DNA of 64,000 nucleotides from Eledone cirrhosa (Eukaryota), in assembly GCA_964016885.1 (NCBI GenBank), contig OZ024750.1, forward strand, positions 28,396,001 to 28,460,000, in the 5' to 3' direction. Positions 40,901-55,900 of this stretch are shown one piece after another; the first letter of the stretch is position 1; every line of letters starts with the position of its first letter. Position numbers and translations under genes: made by a program. The notes under the pieces were generated by a model that was not told the DNA's origin, searched no databases, and saw only the letters and a list, made by a program, of their open reading frames with translations.

Positions 40901-43900
40901 TAAAGTTCCTAAGTGAAGTCTTTCGAATGTGAAACCTTAAAGTTCCTAAGTGAAGTCTATCGAACGTGAAACCTTAAAGTTACTAAGTGAAGTCTTTCGA
41001 ACGTGAAACCTTAAAGTTACTAAGTGAAGTCTTTCGAACGTGAAACCTTAAAGTTACTAAATGAAGTCTTTTCGAATGTGAAACCTTAAAGTTACTAAGT
41101 GAAGTCTTTCGAACGTGAAACCTTAAAGTTACTAAATGAAGCCTTTTCGAACGTGAAACCTTAAAGTTCCTAATTGAAGTCTTTCGAATGTGAAACCTTA
41201 AAGTTACTAAGTGACGTCTTTCGAACGTGAAACCTTAAAGTTACTAAGTGAAGTCTTTCGAATGTGAAACCTTAAAGTTACTAAGTGAAGTCTTTTCGAA
41301 CGTGAAACCTTAAAGTTACTAAGTGAAGTCTTTCGAACGTGAAACCTTAAAGTTACTAAATGAAGTCTTTCGAACGTGAAACCTTAAAGTTACGAAGTGA
41401 AGTCTTTCGAACGTGAAACCTTAAAGTTACTAAGTGAAGTCTTTCGAATGTGAAACCTAAAATGTTACTAAGTGAAGTCTTTCGAACGTGAAACCTTAAA
41501 GTTACTAAGTGAAGTCTTTTCGAATGTGAAACCTTAAAGTTACTAAATGAAGTCTTTTCGAATGTGAAACCTTAAAGTTACTAAGTGAAGTCTTTCGAAC
41601 GTGAAACCTTAAAGTTACTAAGTGAAGTCTTTCGAACGTGAAACCTTAAAGTTACTAAGTGAAGTCTTTTCGAATGTGAAACCTTAAAGTTACTAAATGA
41701 AGTCTTTCGAACGTGAAACCTTAAAGTTACTAAGTGAAGTCTTTCGAATGTGAAACCTTAAAGTTACTAAATGAAGTCTTTTCGAATGTGAAACCTTAAA
41801 GTTGCTAAGTGAAGTCTTTCGAACGTGAAACCTTAAAGTTACTAAATGAAGTCTTTTCGAACGTGAAACCTTAAAGTTCCTAAGTGAAGTCTTTCGAATG
41901 TGAAACCTTAAAGTTACTAAGTGAAGTCTTTTCGAATGTGAAACCTTAAAGTTACTAAGTGAAGTCTTTCGAACGTGAAGCCTTAAAGTTACTTAGTGAA
42001 GTCTTTCGAACGTGAAACCTTAAAGTTACTAAGTGAAGTCTTTCGAACGTGAAACCTTAAAGTTACTAAGTGAAGTCTTTTCGAATGTGAAACCTTAAAG
42101 TTACTAAATGAAGTCTTTTCGAATGTGAAACCTTAAAGTTACTAAGTGAAGTATTTCGAACGTGAAACCTTAAAGTTACTAAGTGAAGTCTTTCGAACGT
42201 GAAACCTTAAAGTTACTAAATGAAGTCTTTCGAACGTGAAACCTTAAAGTTACTAAGTGAAGTCTTTCGAACGTGAAACCTTAAAGTTACTAAGTGAAGT
42301 CTTTCGAATGTGAAACCTTAAAGTTACTAAGTGAAGTCTTTCGAACGTGAAACCTTAAAGTTACTAAGTGAAGTCTTTTCGAACGTGAAACCTTAAGGTT
42401 ACTAAGTGAAGTCTTTCGAACGTGAAACCTTAAAGTTACTAATTGAAGTCTTTCGAACGTGAAACCTTAAAGTTACTAGGTGAAGTCTTTTCGAATGTGA
42501 AACCTTAAGGTTACTAAGTGAAGTCTTTCGAACGTGAAACCTTAAAGTTACTAAGTGAAGTCTTTCGAACGTGAAACCTTAAAGTTACTAGGTGAAGTCT
42601 TTTCGAATGTGAAACCTTAAAGTTACTAAATGAAGTCTTTTCGAATGTGAAACCTTAAAGTTACTAAGTGAAGTCTTTCGAATGTGAAACCTTAAAGTTA
42701 CTAAATGAAGTCTTTTCGAATGTGAAACCTTAAAGTTACTAAGTGAAGTCTTTCGAACATGAAACCTTAAAGTTACTAAATGAAGTCTTTTCGAATGTGA
42801 AACCTTAAAGTTGCTAAGTGAAGTCTTTCGAACGTGAAACCTTAAAGTTACTAAATGAAGTCTTTTCGAACGTGAAACCTTAAAGTTCCTAAGTGAAGTC
42901 TTTCGAATGTGAAACCTTAAAGTTACTAAGTGAAGTCTTTTCGAATGTGAAACCTTAAAGTTACTAAGTGAAGTCTTTCGAACGTGAAACCTTAAAGTTA
43001 CTAAGTGAAGTCTTTCGAACGTGAAACCTTAAAGTTACTAAGTGAAGTCTTTCGAACGTGAAACCTTAAAGTTACTAAGTGAAGTCTTTTCGAATGTGAA
43101 ACCTTAAAGTTACTAAATGAAGTCTTTTCGAATTTGAAACCTTACAGTTACTAAGTGAAGTATTTCGAACGTGAAACCTTAAAGTTACTAAATGAAGTCT
43201 TTCGAAAGTGAAACCTTAAAGTTACTAAGTGAAGTATTTCGAACGTGAAACCTTAAAGTTACTAAGTGAAGTCTTTCGAATGTGAAACCTTAAAGTTACT
43301 AAGTGAAGTCTTTCGAACGTGAAACCTTAAAGTTACTAAGTGAAGTCTTTCGAACGTGAAACCTTAAAGTTACTAGGTGAAGTCTTTTCGAATGTGAAAC
43401 CTTAAGGTTACTAAGTGAAGTCTTTCGAACGTGAAACCTTAAAGTTACTAAATGAAGTCTTTCGAACGTGAAACCTTAAAGTTACTAAGTGAAGTCTTTC
43501 GAACGTGAAACCTTAAAGTTACTAAGTGAAGTCTTTCGAACGTGAAACCTTAAAGTTACTAAGTGAAGTCTTTCGAATGTGAAACCTTAAAGTTACTAAG
43601 TGAAGTCTTTCGAACGTGAAACCTTAAAGTTACTAAGTGAAGTCTTTTCGAACGTGAAACCTTAAGGTTACTAAGTGAAGTCTTTCGAACGTGAAACCTT
43701 AAAGTTACTAATTGAAGTCTTTCGAACGTGAAACCTTAAAGTTACTAGGTGAAGTCTTTTCGAATGTGAAACCTTAAGGTTACTAAGTGAAGTCTTTCGA
43801 ATGTGAAACCTTAAAGTTACTAAGTGAAGTCTTTCGAACGTGAAACCTTAAAGTTACTAAGTGAAGTCTTTCGAATGTGAAACCTTAAAGTTACTAAATG

Positions 43901-46900
43901 AAGTCTTTTCGAATGTGAAACATTAAAGTTACTAAGTGAAGTCTTTCGAACTTGAAACCTTAAAGTTACTAAATGAAGTCTTTTCGAATGTGAAACCTTA
44001 AAGTTCCTAAGTGAAGTCTTTCGAATGTGAAACCTTAAAGTTACTAAGTGAAGTCTTTCGAACGTGAAACCTTAAAGTTACTAAGTGAAGTCTTTTCGAA
44101 TGTGAAACCTTAAAGTTACTAAATGATGTCTTTCGAACGTGAAACCTTAAAGTTACTAAGTGAAGTCTTTCGAACGTGAAACCTTAAAGTTACTAAATGA
44201 AGTCTTTTCGAATGTGAAACCTTAAAGTTACTAAGTGAAGTCTTTCGAACGTGAAACCTTAAAGTTACTAAGTGAAGTCTTTCGAACGTGAAACCTTAAA
44301 GTTACTAAGTGAAGTCTTTTCGAATGTGAAACCTTAAAGTTACTAAATGAAGTCTTTCGAACGTGAAACCTTAAAGTTACTAAGTGAAGTCTTTCGAATG
44401 TGAAACCTTAAAGTTACTAAATGAAGTCTTTTCGAATGTGAAACCTTAAAGTTGCTAAGTGAAGTCTTTCGAACGTGAAACCTTAAAGTTACTAAATGAA
44501 GTCTTTTCGAACGTGAAACCTTAAAGTTACTAAGTGAAGTCTTTTCGAATGTGAAATCTTAAAGTTCCTAAGTGAAGTCTTTCGAATGTGAAACCTTAAA
44601 GTTACTAAGTGAAGTCTTTTCGAATGTGAAACCTTAAAGTTACTAAGTGAAGTCTTTCGAACGTGAAACCTTAAAGTTACTAAGTGAAGTCTTTCGAACG
44701 TGAAACCTTAAAGTTACTAAGTGAAGTCTTTTCGAATGTGAAACCTTAAAGTTACTAAATGAAGTCTTTTCGAATGTGAAACCTTAAAGTTACTAAGTGA
44801 AGTATTTCGAACGTGAAACCTTAAAGTTACTAAATGAAGTCTTTCGAACGTGAAACCTTAAAGTTACTAAGTGAAGTCTTTCGAACGTGAAACCTTAAAG
44901 TTACTAAGTGAAGTCTTTCGAATGTGAAACCTTAAAGTTACTAAGTGAAGTCTTTCGAACGTGAAACCTTAAAGTTACTAAGTGAAGTCTTTCGAACGTG
45001 AAACCTTAAAGTTACTAGGTGAAGTCTTTTCGAATGTGAAACCTTAAGGTTACTAAGTGAAGTCTTTCGAACGTGAAACTTTAAAGTTACTAAGTGAAGT
45101 CTTTCGAACGTGAAACCTTTAAGTTACTAAATGAAGTCTTTCGAACGTGAAACCTTAAAGTTACTAAGTGAAGTCTTTCGAACGTGAAACCTTAAAGTTA
45201 CTAAGTGAAGTCTTTCGAATGTGAAACCTTAAAGTTACTAAGTGAAGTCTTTCGAACGTGAAACCTTAAAGTTACTAAGTGAAGTCTTTTCGAACGTGAA
45301 ACCTTAAGGTTACTAAGTGAAGTCTTTCGAACGTGAAACCTTAAAGTTACTAATTGAAGTCTTTCGAACGTGAAACCTTAAAGTTACTAGGTGAAGTCTT
45401 TTCGAACGTGAAACCTTAAGGTTACTAAGTGAAGTCTTTCGAACGTGAAACCTTAAAGTTACTAAGTGAAGTCTTTCGAACGTGAAACCTTAAAGTTACT
45501 AGGTGAAGTCTTTTCGAATGTGAAACGTTAAAGTTACTAAATGAAGTCTTTTCGAATGTGAAACCTTAAAGTTACTAAGTGAAGTCTTTCGAATGTGAAA
45601 CCTTAAAGTTACTAAATGAAGTCTTTTCGAATGTGAAACCTTAAAGTTGCTAAGTGAAGTCTTTCGAACGTGAAACCTTAAAGTTACTAAATGAAGTCTT
45701 TTCGAACGTGAAACCTTAAAGTTCCTAAGTGAAATCTTTCGAATGTGAAACCTTAAAGTTACTAAGTGAAGTCTTTTCGAATGTGAAACCTTAAAGTTAC
45801 TAAGTGAAGTCTTTCGAACGTGAAACCTTAAAGTTACTAAGTGAAGTCTTTCGAACGTGAAACCTTAAAGTTACTAAGTGAAGTCTTTCGAACGTGAAAC
45901 CTTAAAGTTACTAAGTGAAGTCTTTTCGAATGTGAAACCTTAAAGTTACTAAATGAAGTCTTTTCGAATGTGAAACCTTAAAGTTACTAAGTGAAGTATT
46001 TCGAACGTGAAACCTTAAAGTTACTAAATGAAGTCTTTCGAACGTGAAACCTTAAAGTTACTAAGTGAAGTCTTTCGAACGTGAAACCTTAAAGTTACTA
46101 AGTGAAGTCTTTCGAATGTGAAACCTTAAAGTTACTAAGTGAAGTCTTTCGAACGTGAAACCTTAAAGTTACTAAGTGAAGTCTTTCGAACGTGAAACCT
46201 TAAAGTTACTAGGTGAAGTCTTTTCTAATGTGAAACCTTAAGGTTACTAAGTGAAGTCTTTCGAACGTGAAACCTTAAAGTTACTAAGTGAAGTCTTTCG
46301 AACGTGAAACCTTAAAGTTACTAAATGAAGTCTTTCGAACGTGAAACCTTAAAGTTACTAAGTGAAGTCTTTCGAACGTGAAACCTTAAAGTTACTAAGT
46401 GAAGTCTTTCGAATGTGAAACCTTAAAGTTACTAAGTGAAGTCTTTCGAACGTGAAACCTTAAAGTTACTAAGTGAAGTCTTTTCGAACGTGAAACCTTA
46501 AGGTTACTAAGTGAAGTCTTTCGAACGTGAAACCTTAAAGTTACTAATTGAAGTCTTTCGAACGTGAAACCTTAAAGTTACTAGGTGAAGTCTTTTCGAA
46601 TGTGAAACCTTAAAGTTACTAAATGAAGTCTTTTCGAATGTGAAACCTTAAAGTTACTAAGTGAAGTCTTTCGAATGTGAAACCTTAAAGTTACTAAATG
46701 AAGTCTTTTCGAATGTGAAACCTTAAAGTTACTAAGTGAAGTCTTTCGAACGTGAAACCTTAAAGTTACTAAATTAAGTCTTTTCGAATGTGAAACCTTA
46801 AAGTTCCTAAGTGAAGTCTTTCGAATGTGAAACCTTAAAGTTACTAAGTGAAGTCTTTTCGAACGTGAAACCTTAAAGTTCCTAAGTAAAGTCTTTCGAA

Positions 46901-49900
46901 TGTGAAACCTTAAAGTTACTAAGTGAAGTCTTTCGAACGTGAAACCTTAAAGTTACTAAGTGAAGTCTTTCGAACGTGAAACCTTAAAGTTCCTAAGTGA
47001 AGTCTTTCGAACGTGAAACCTTAAAGTTACTAAGTGAAGTCTTTCGAACGTGAAACCTTAAAGTTACTAAGTGAAGTCTTTCGAACGTGAAACCTTAAAG
47101 TTAATAAATGAAGTCTTTTCGAACGTGAAACCTTAAAGTTCCTAAGTGAAGTCTTTCGAATGTGAAACCTTAAAGTTCCTAAGTGAAGTCTTTCGAACGT
47201 GAAACCTTAAAGTTACTAAGTGAAGTCTTTCGAACGTGAAACCTTAAAGTTACTAAGTGAAGTCTTTCGAACGTGAAACCTTAAAGTTACTAAATGAAGT
47301 CTTTTCGAATGTGAAACCTTAAAGTTACTAAGTGAAGTCTTTCGAACGTGAAACCTTAAAGTTACTAAATGAAGTCTTTTCGAACGTGAAACCTTAAAGT
47401 TCCTAAGTGAAGTCTTTCGAATGTGAAACCTTAAAGTTACTAAGTGAAGTCTTTCGAACGTGAAACCTTAAAGTTACTAAGTGAAGTATTTCGAATGTGA
47501 AACCTTAAAGTTACTAAGTGAAGTCTTTTCGAACGTGAAACCTTAAAGTTACTAAGTGAAGTCTTTCGAACGTGAAACCTTAAAGTTACTAAGTGAAGTC
47601 TTTTCGAACGTGAAACCTTAAAGTTACTAAGTGAAGTCTTTCGAACGTGAAACCTTAAAGTTACTAAGTGAAGTCTTTTCGAATGTGAAACCTTAAAGTT
47701 ACTAAGTGAAGTCTTTCGAACGTTAAACCTTAAAGTTACTAAATGGAGTCTTTTCGAACGTGAAACCTTAAAGTTACTAAGTGAAGTCTTTTCGAACGTG
47801 AAACCTTAAAGTTACTAAGTGAAGTCTTTCGAACGTGAAACCTTAAAGTTACTAAGTGAAGTCTTTTCGAACGTGAAACCTTAAAGTTACTAAGTGAAGT
47901 CTTTCGAACGTGAAACCTTAAAGTTACTAAGTGAAGTCTTTTCGAATGTGAAACCTTAAAGTTACTAAGTGAAGTCTTTCGAACGTGAAACCTTAAAGTT
48001 ACTAAGTGAAGTCTTTTCGAATGTGAAACCTTAAAGTTACTAAGTGAAGTCTTTCGAACGTGAAACCTTAAAGTTACTAAGTGAAGTCTTTTCGAATGTG
48101 AAACCTTAAAGTTACTAAGTGAAGTCTTTTCGAATGTGAAACCTTAAAGTTACTAAGTGAAGTCTTTCGAACGTGAAACCTTAAAGTTACTAAGTGAAGT
48201 CTTTTCGAACGTGAAACCTTAAAGTTCCTAAGTGAAGTCTTTCGAACGTGAAACCTTAAAGTTACTAAGTGAAGTCTTTCGAACGTGAAACCTTAAAGTT
48301 ACTAAGTGAAGTCTTTTCGAACGTGAAACCTTAAAGTTCCTAAGTGAAGTCTTTCGAACGTGAAACCTTAACGTTACTAAGTGAAGTCTTTTCGAATGTG
48401 AAACCTTAAAGTTCCTAAGTGAAGTCTTTTCGAATGTGAAACCTTAAAGTTACTAAGTGAAGTCTTTCGAACGTGAAACCTTAAAGTTACTAAGTGAAGT
48501 CTTTTCGAATGTGAAACCTTAAAGTTACTAAGTGAAGTCTTTCGAACGTGAAACCTTAAAGTTACTAAGTGAAGTCTTTTCGAATGTGAAACCTTAAAGT
48601 TACTAAGTGAAGTCTTTTCGAATGTGAAACCTTAAAGTTACTAAGTGAAGTCTTTCGAACGTGAAACCTTAAAGTTACTAAGTGAAGTCTTTTCGAATGT
48701 GAAACCTTAAAGTTACTAAGTGAAGTCTTTCGAACGTGAAACCTTAAAGTTACTAAGTGAAGTCTTTCGAACGTGAAACCTTAAAGTTACTAAGTGAAGT
48801 CTTTTCGAATGTGAAACCTTAAAGTTACTAAATGAAGTCTTTTCGAATGTGAAACCTTAAAGTTACTAAGTGAAGTCTTTCGAACGTGAAACCTTAAAGT
48901 TAATAAGTGAAGTCTTTTCGAATGTGAAACCTTAAAGTTCCTAAGTGAAGTCTTTCGAATGTGAAACCTTAAAATTACTAAGTGAAGTCTTTTCGAACGT
49001 GAAACCTTAAAGTTCCTAAGTGAAGTCTTTCGAATGTGAAACCTTAAAGTTACTAAGTGAAGTCTTTCGAACGTAAAACCTTAAAGTTACTAAGTGAAGT
49101 CTTTTCGAACGTGAAACCTTAAAGTTCCTAAGTGAAGTCTTTCGAACGTGAAACCTTAAAGTTACTAAGTGAAGTCTTTCGAACGTGAAACCTTAAAGTT
49201 ACTAAGTGAAGTCTTTCGAACGTGAAACCTTAAAGTTACTAAGTGAAGTCTTTTCGAACGTGAAACCTTAAAGTTCCTAAGTGAAGTCATTCGAACGTGA
49301 AACCCTAAAGTTACTAAGTGAAGTCTTTCGAACGTGAAACCTTAAAGTTACTAAGTGAAGTCTTTTCGAACGTGAAACCTTAAAGTTCCTAAGTGAAGTC
49401 TTTCGAACGTGAAACCTTAACGTTACTAAGTGAAGTCTTTTCGAATGTGAAACCTTAAAGTTCCTAAGTGAAGTCTTTCGAACGTGAAACCTTAAAGTTA
49501 CTAAGTGAAGTCTTTCGAACGTGAAACCTTAAAGTTACTAAATGAAGTCTTTTCGAACGTGAAACCTTAAAGTTACTAAGTGAAGTCTTTTCGAACGTGA
49601 AACCTTAAAGTTACTAAGTGAAGTCTTTCGAACGTGAAACCTTAAAGTTACTAAGTGAAGTCTTTTCGAACGTGAAACCTTAAAGTTACTAAGTGAAGTC
49701 TTTCGAACGTGAAACCTTAAAGTTACTAAGTGAAGTCTTTTCGAATGTGAAACCTTAAAGTTACTAAGTGAAGTCTTTCGAACGTGAAACCTTAAAGTTA
49801 CTAAGTGAAGTCTTTTCGAATGTGAAACCTTAAAGTTACTAAGTGAAGTCTTTCGAACGTGAAACCTTAAAGTTACTAAGTGAAGTCTTTTCGAATGTGA

Positions 49901-52900
49901 AACCTTAAAGTTACTAAGTGAAGTCTTTTCGAATGTGAAACCTTAAAGTTACTAAGTGAAGTCTTTCGAACGTGAAACCTTAAAGTTACTAAGTGAAGTC
50001 TTTTCGAATGTGAAACCTTAAAGTTACTAAGTGAAGTCTTTCGAACGTGAAACCTTAAAGTTACTAAGTGAAGTCTTTCGAACGTGAAACCTTAAAGTTA
50101 CTAAGTGAAGTCTTTCGAACGTGAAACCTTAAAGTTACTAAGTGAAGTCTTTCGAACGTGAAACCTTAAAGTTACTAAGTGAAGTCTTTTCGAACGTGAA
50201 ACCTTAAAGTTCCTAAGTGAAGTCTTTCGAACGTGAAACCTTAACGTTACTAAGTGAAGTCTTTTCGAATGTGAAACCTTAAAGTTCCTAAGTGAAGTCT
50301 TTTCGAATGTGAAACCTTAAAGTTACTAAGTGAAGTCTTTCGAACGTGAAACCTTAAAGTTACTAAGTGAAGTCTTTTCGAATGTGAAACCTTAAAGTTA
50401 CTAAGTGAAGTCTTTCGAACGTGAAACCTTAAAGTTACTAAGTGAAGTCTTTTCGAATGTGAAACCTTAAAGTTACTAAGTGAAGTCTTTTCGAATGTGA
50501 AACCTTAAAGTTACTAAGTGAAGTCTTTCGAACGTGAAACCTTAAAGTTACTAAGTGAAGTCTTTTCGAATGTGAAACCTTAAAGTTACTAAGTGAAGTC
50601 TTTCGAACGTGAAACCTTAAAGTTACTAAGTGAAGTCTTTCGAACGTGAAACCTTAAAGCTGCTAAGTGAAGTCTTTCGAACGTGAAACCTTAAAGTTAC
50701 TAAGTGAAGTCTTTTCGAATGTGAAACCTTAAAGTTACTAAATGAAGTCTTTTCGAATGTGAAACCTTAAAGTTACTAAGTGAAGTCTTTCGAACGTGAA
50801 ACCTTAAAGTTACTAAGTGAAGTATTTTCGAATGTGAAACCTTAAAGTTCCTAAGTGAAGTCTTTCGAATGTGAAACCTTAAAATTACTAAGTGAAGTCT
50901 TTTCGAACGTGAAACCTTAAAGTTCCTAAGTGAAGTCTTTCGAATGTGAAACCTTAAAGTTACTAAGTGAAGTCTTTCGAACGTAAAACCTTAAAGTTAC
51001 TAAGTGAAGTCTTTTCGAACGTGAAACCTTAAAGTTCCTAAGTGAAGTCTTTCGAACGTGAAACCTTAAAGTTACTAAGTGAAGTCTTTCGAACGTGAAA
51101 CCTTAAAGTTACTAAGTGAAGTCTTTCGAACGTGAAACCTTAAAGTTACTAAGTGAAGTCTTTTCGAACGTGAAACCTTAAAGTTCCTAAGTGAAGTCAT
51201 TCGAACGTGAAACCCTAAAGTTACTAAGTGAAGTCTTTCGAACGTGAAACCTTAAAGTTACTAAGTGAAGTCTTTTCGAACGTGAAACCTTAAAGTTCCT
51301 AAGTGAAGTCTTTCGAACGTGAAACCTTAACGTTACTAAGTGAAGTCTTTTCGAATGTGAAACCTTAAAGTTCCTAAGTGAAGTCTTTCGAACGTGAAAC
51401 CTTAAAGTTACTAAGTGAAGTCTTTCGAACGTGAAACCTTAAAGTTACTAAATGAAGTCTTTTCGAACGTGAAACCTTAAAGTTACTAAGTGAAGTCTTT
51501 TCGAACGTGAAACCTTAAAGTTACTAAGTGAAGTCTTTCGAACGTGAAACCTTAAAGTTACTAAGTGAAGTCTTTTCGAACGTGAAACCTTAAAGTTCCT
51601 AAGTGAAGTCATTCGAACGTGAAACCCTAAAGTTACTAAGTGAAGTCTTTCGAACGTGAAACCTTAAAGTTACTAAGTGAAGTCTTTTCGAACGTGAAAC
51701 CTTAAAGTTCCTAAGTGAAGTCTTTCGAACGTGAAACCTTAACGTTACTAAGTGAAGTCTTTTCGAATGTGAAACCTTAAAGTTCCTAAGTGAAGTCTTT
51801 CGAACGTGAAACCTTAAAGTTACTAAGTGAAGTCTTTCGAACGTGAAACCTTAAAGTTACTAAATGAAGTCTTTTCGAACGTGAAACCTTAAAGTTACTA
51901 AGTGAAGTCTTTTCGAACGTGAAACCTTAAAGTTACTAAGTGAAGTCTTTCGAACGTGAAACCTTAAAGTTACTAAGTGAAGTCTTTTCGAACGTGAAAC
52001 CTTAAAGTTACTAAGTGAAGTCTTTCGAACGTGAAACCTTAAAGTTACTAAGTGAAGTCTTTTCGAATGTGAAACCTTAAAGTTACTAAGTGAAGTCTTT
52101 CGAACGTGAAACCTTAAAGTTACTAAGTGAAGTCTTTTCGAATGTGAAACCTTAAAGTTACTAAGTGAAGTCTTTCGAACGTGAAACCTTAAAGTTACTA
52201 AGTGAAGTCTTTTCGAATGTGAAACCTTAAAGTTACTAAGTGAAGTCTTTTCGAATGTGAAACCTTAAAGTTACTAAGTGAAGTCTTTCGAACGTGAAAC
52301 CTTAAAGTTACTAAGTGAAGTCTTTTCGAATGTGAAACCTTAAAGTTACTAAGTGAAGTCTTTCGAACGTGAAACCTTAAAGTTACTAAGTGAAGTCTTT
52401 CGAACGTGAAACCTTAAAGTTACTAAGTGAAGTCTTTCGAACGTGAAACCTTAAAGTTACTAAGTGAAGTCTTTCGAACGTGAAACCTTAAAGTTACTAA
52501 GTGAAGTCTTTTCGAACGTGAAACCTTAAAGTTCCTAAGTGAAGTCTTTCGAACGTGAAACCTTAACGTTACTAAGTGAAGTCTTTTCGAATGTGAAACC
52601 TTAAAGTTCCTAAGTGAAGTCTTTTCGAATGTGAAACCTTAAAGTTACTAAGTGAAGTCTTTCGAACGTGAAACCTTAAAGTTACTAAGTGAAGTCTTTT
52701 CGAATGTGAAACCTTAAAGTTACTAAGTGAAGTCTTTCGAACGTGAAACCTTAAAGTTACTAAGTGAAATCTTTTCGAATGTGAAACCTTAAAGTTACTA
52801 AGTGAAGTCTTTTCGAATGTGAAACCTTAAAGTTACTAAGTGAAGTCTTTCGAACGTGAAAACTTAAAGTTACTAAGTGAAGTCTTTTCGAATGTGAAAC

Positions 52901-55900
52901 CTTAAAGTTACTAAGTGAAGTCTTTCGAACGTGAAACCTTAAAGTTACTAAGTGAAGTCTTTCGAACGTGAAACCTTAAAGCTGCTAAGTGAAGTCTTTC
53001 GAACGTGAAACCTTAAAGTTACTAAGTGAAGTCTTTTCGAATGTGAAACCTTAAAGTTACTAAATGAAGTCTTTTCGAATGTGAAACCTTAAAGTTACTA
53101 AGTGAAGTCTTTCGAACGTGAAACCTTAAAGTTACTAAGTGAAGTATTTTCGAATGTGAAACCTTAAAGTTCCTAAGTGAAGTCTTTCGAATGTGAAACC
53201 TTAAAGTTACTAAGTGAAGGCTTTTCGAACGTGAAACCTTAAAGTTCCTAAGTGAAGTCTTTCGAATGTGAAACCTTAAAGTTCCTAAGTGAAGTCTTTC
53301 GAACGTGAAACCTTAAAGTTACTAAGTGAAGTCTTTCGAACGTGAAACCTTAAAGTTACTAAGTGAAGTCTTTCGAACGTGAAACCTTAAAGATACTAAG
53401 TGAAGTCTTTCGAATGTGAAACCTTAAAGTTATTAAGTGAAGTCTTTTCGAACGTGAAACCTTAAAGTTACTAAGTGAAGTCTTTCGAACGTGAAACCTT
53501 AAAGTTACTAAGTGAAGTCTTTCGAACGTGAAACCTTAAAGTTCCTAAGTGAAGTCTTTCGAACGTAAAACCTTAAAGTTACTAAGTGAAGTCTTTTCGA
53601 ACGTGAAACCTTAAAGTTCCTAAGTGAAGTCTTTCGAACGTGAAACCTTAAAGTTACTAAGTGAAGTCTTTCGAACGTGAAACCTTAAAGTTACTAAGTG
53701 AAGTCTTTTCGAACGGGAAACCTTAAAGTTCCTAAGTGAAGTCTTTCGAACGTGAAACCTTAAAGTTACTAAGTGAAGTCTTTCGAACGTGAAACCTTAA
53801 AGTTACTAAGTGAAGCCTTTCGAACGTGAAACCTTAAAGTTACTAAGTGAAGTCTTTTCGAACGTGAAACCTTAAAGTTCCTAAGTGAAGTCTTTCGAAC
53901 GTGAAACCTTAAAGTTACTAAGTGAAGTCTTTTCGAATGTGAAACCTTAAAGTTCCTAAGTGAAGTCTTTCGAATGTGAAACCTTAAAGTTACTAAGTGA
54001 AGTCTTTCGAACGTGAAACCTTAAAGTTACTAAGTGAAGTCTTTCGATCGTGAAACCTTAAAGTTCCTAAGTGAAGTCTTTCGAATGTGAAACCTTAAAG
54101 TTACTAAGTGAAGTCTTTCGAACGTGAAACCTTAAAGTTACTAAGTGAAGTCTTTCGAACGTGAAACCTTAAAGTTACTAAATGAAGTCTTTTCGAACGT
54201 GAAACCTTAAAGTTCCTAAGTGAAGTCTTTCGAATGTGAAACCTTAAAGTTCCTAAGTGAAGTCTTTCGAACGTGAAACCTTAACGTTACAAAGTGAAGT
54301 CTTTTCGAATGTGAAACCTTAAAGTTCCTAAGTGAAGTCTTTCGAACGTGAAACCTTAAAGTTACTAAGTGAAGTCTTTCGAACGTGAAGCCTTAAAGTT
54401 ACTAAATGAAGTCTTTTCGAACGTGAAACCTTAAAGTTACTAAGTGAAGTCTTTTCGAACGTGAAACCTTAAAGTTACTAAGTGAAGTCCTTCGAACGTG
54501 AAACCTTAAAGTTACTAAGTGAAGTCTTTCGAACGTGAAACCTTTAAGTTACTAAATGAAGTCTTTTCGAACGTGAAACCTTAAAGTTCCTAAGTGAAGT
54601 CTTTCGAATGTGAAACCTTAAAGTTCCTAAGTGAAGTCTTTCGAACGTGAAACCTTAAAGTTACTAAGTGAAGTCTTTCGAACGTGAAACCTTAAAGTTA
54701 CTAAGTGAAGTCTTTTCGAACGTGAAACCTTAAAGTTCCTAAGTGAAGTCTTTCGAACGTGAAACCTTAAAGTTACTAAGTGAAGTCTTTCGAACGTGAA
54801 ACCTTAAAGTTACTAAGTGAAGCCTTTCGAACGTGAAACCTTAAAGTTACTAAGTGAAGTCTTTTCGAACGTGAAACCTTAAAGTTCCTAAGTGAAGTCT
54901 TTCGAACGTGAAACCATAAAGTTACTAAGTGAAGTCTTTCGAACGTGAAACCTTAAAGTTACTAAGTGAAGTCTTTTCGAACGTGAAACCTTAAAGTTCC
55001 TAAGTGAAGTCTTTCGAACGTGAAACCTTAACGTTACAAAGTGAAGTCTTTTCGAATGTGAAACCTTAAAGTTCCTAAGTGAAGTCTTTCGAACGTGAAA
55101 CCTTAAAGTTACTAAGTGAAGTCTTTCGAACGTGAAACCTTAAAGTTACTAAATGAAGTCTTTTCGAACGTGAAACCTTAAAGTTACTAAGTGAAGTCTT
55201 TTCGAACGTGAAACCTTAAAGTTACTAAGTGAAGTCCTTCGAACGTGAAACCTTAAAGTTACTAAGTGAAGTCTTTTCGAACGTGAAACCTTAAAGTTAC
55301 TAAGTGAAGTCTTTCGAACGTGAAACCTTAAAGTTACTAAGTGAAGTCTTTTCGAATGTGAAACCTTAAAGTTACTAAGTGAAGTCTTTCGAACGTGAAA
55401 CCTTAAAGTTACTAAGTGAAGTCTTTTCGAATGTGAAACCTTAAAGTTACTAAGTGAAGTCTTTCGAACGTGAAACCTTAAAGTTACTAAGTGAAGTCTT
55501 TTCGAATGTGAAACCTTAAAGTTACTAAGTGAAGTCTTTTCGAATGTGAAACCTTAAAGTTACTAAGTGAAGTCTTTCGAACGTGAAACCTTAAAGTTAC
55601 TTAGTGAAGTCTTTTCGAATGTGAAACCTTAAAGTTACTAAGTGAAGTCTTTCGAACGTGAAACCTTAAAGTTACTAAGTGAAGTCTTTTCGAACGTGAA
55701 ACCTTAAAGTTACTAAGTGAAGTCTTTCGAACGTGAAACCTTAAAGTTCCTAAGTGAAGTCTTTCGAACGTGAAACCTTAAAGTTACTAAATGAAGTCTT
55801 TTCGAACGTGAAACCTTAAAGTTACTAAGTGAAGTCTTTTCGAATGTGAAACCTTAACGTTACTAAGTGAAGTCTTTTCGAACGTGAAACCTTAAAGTTA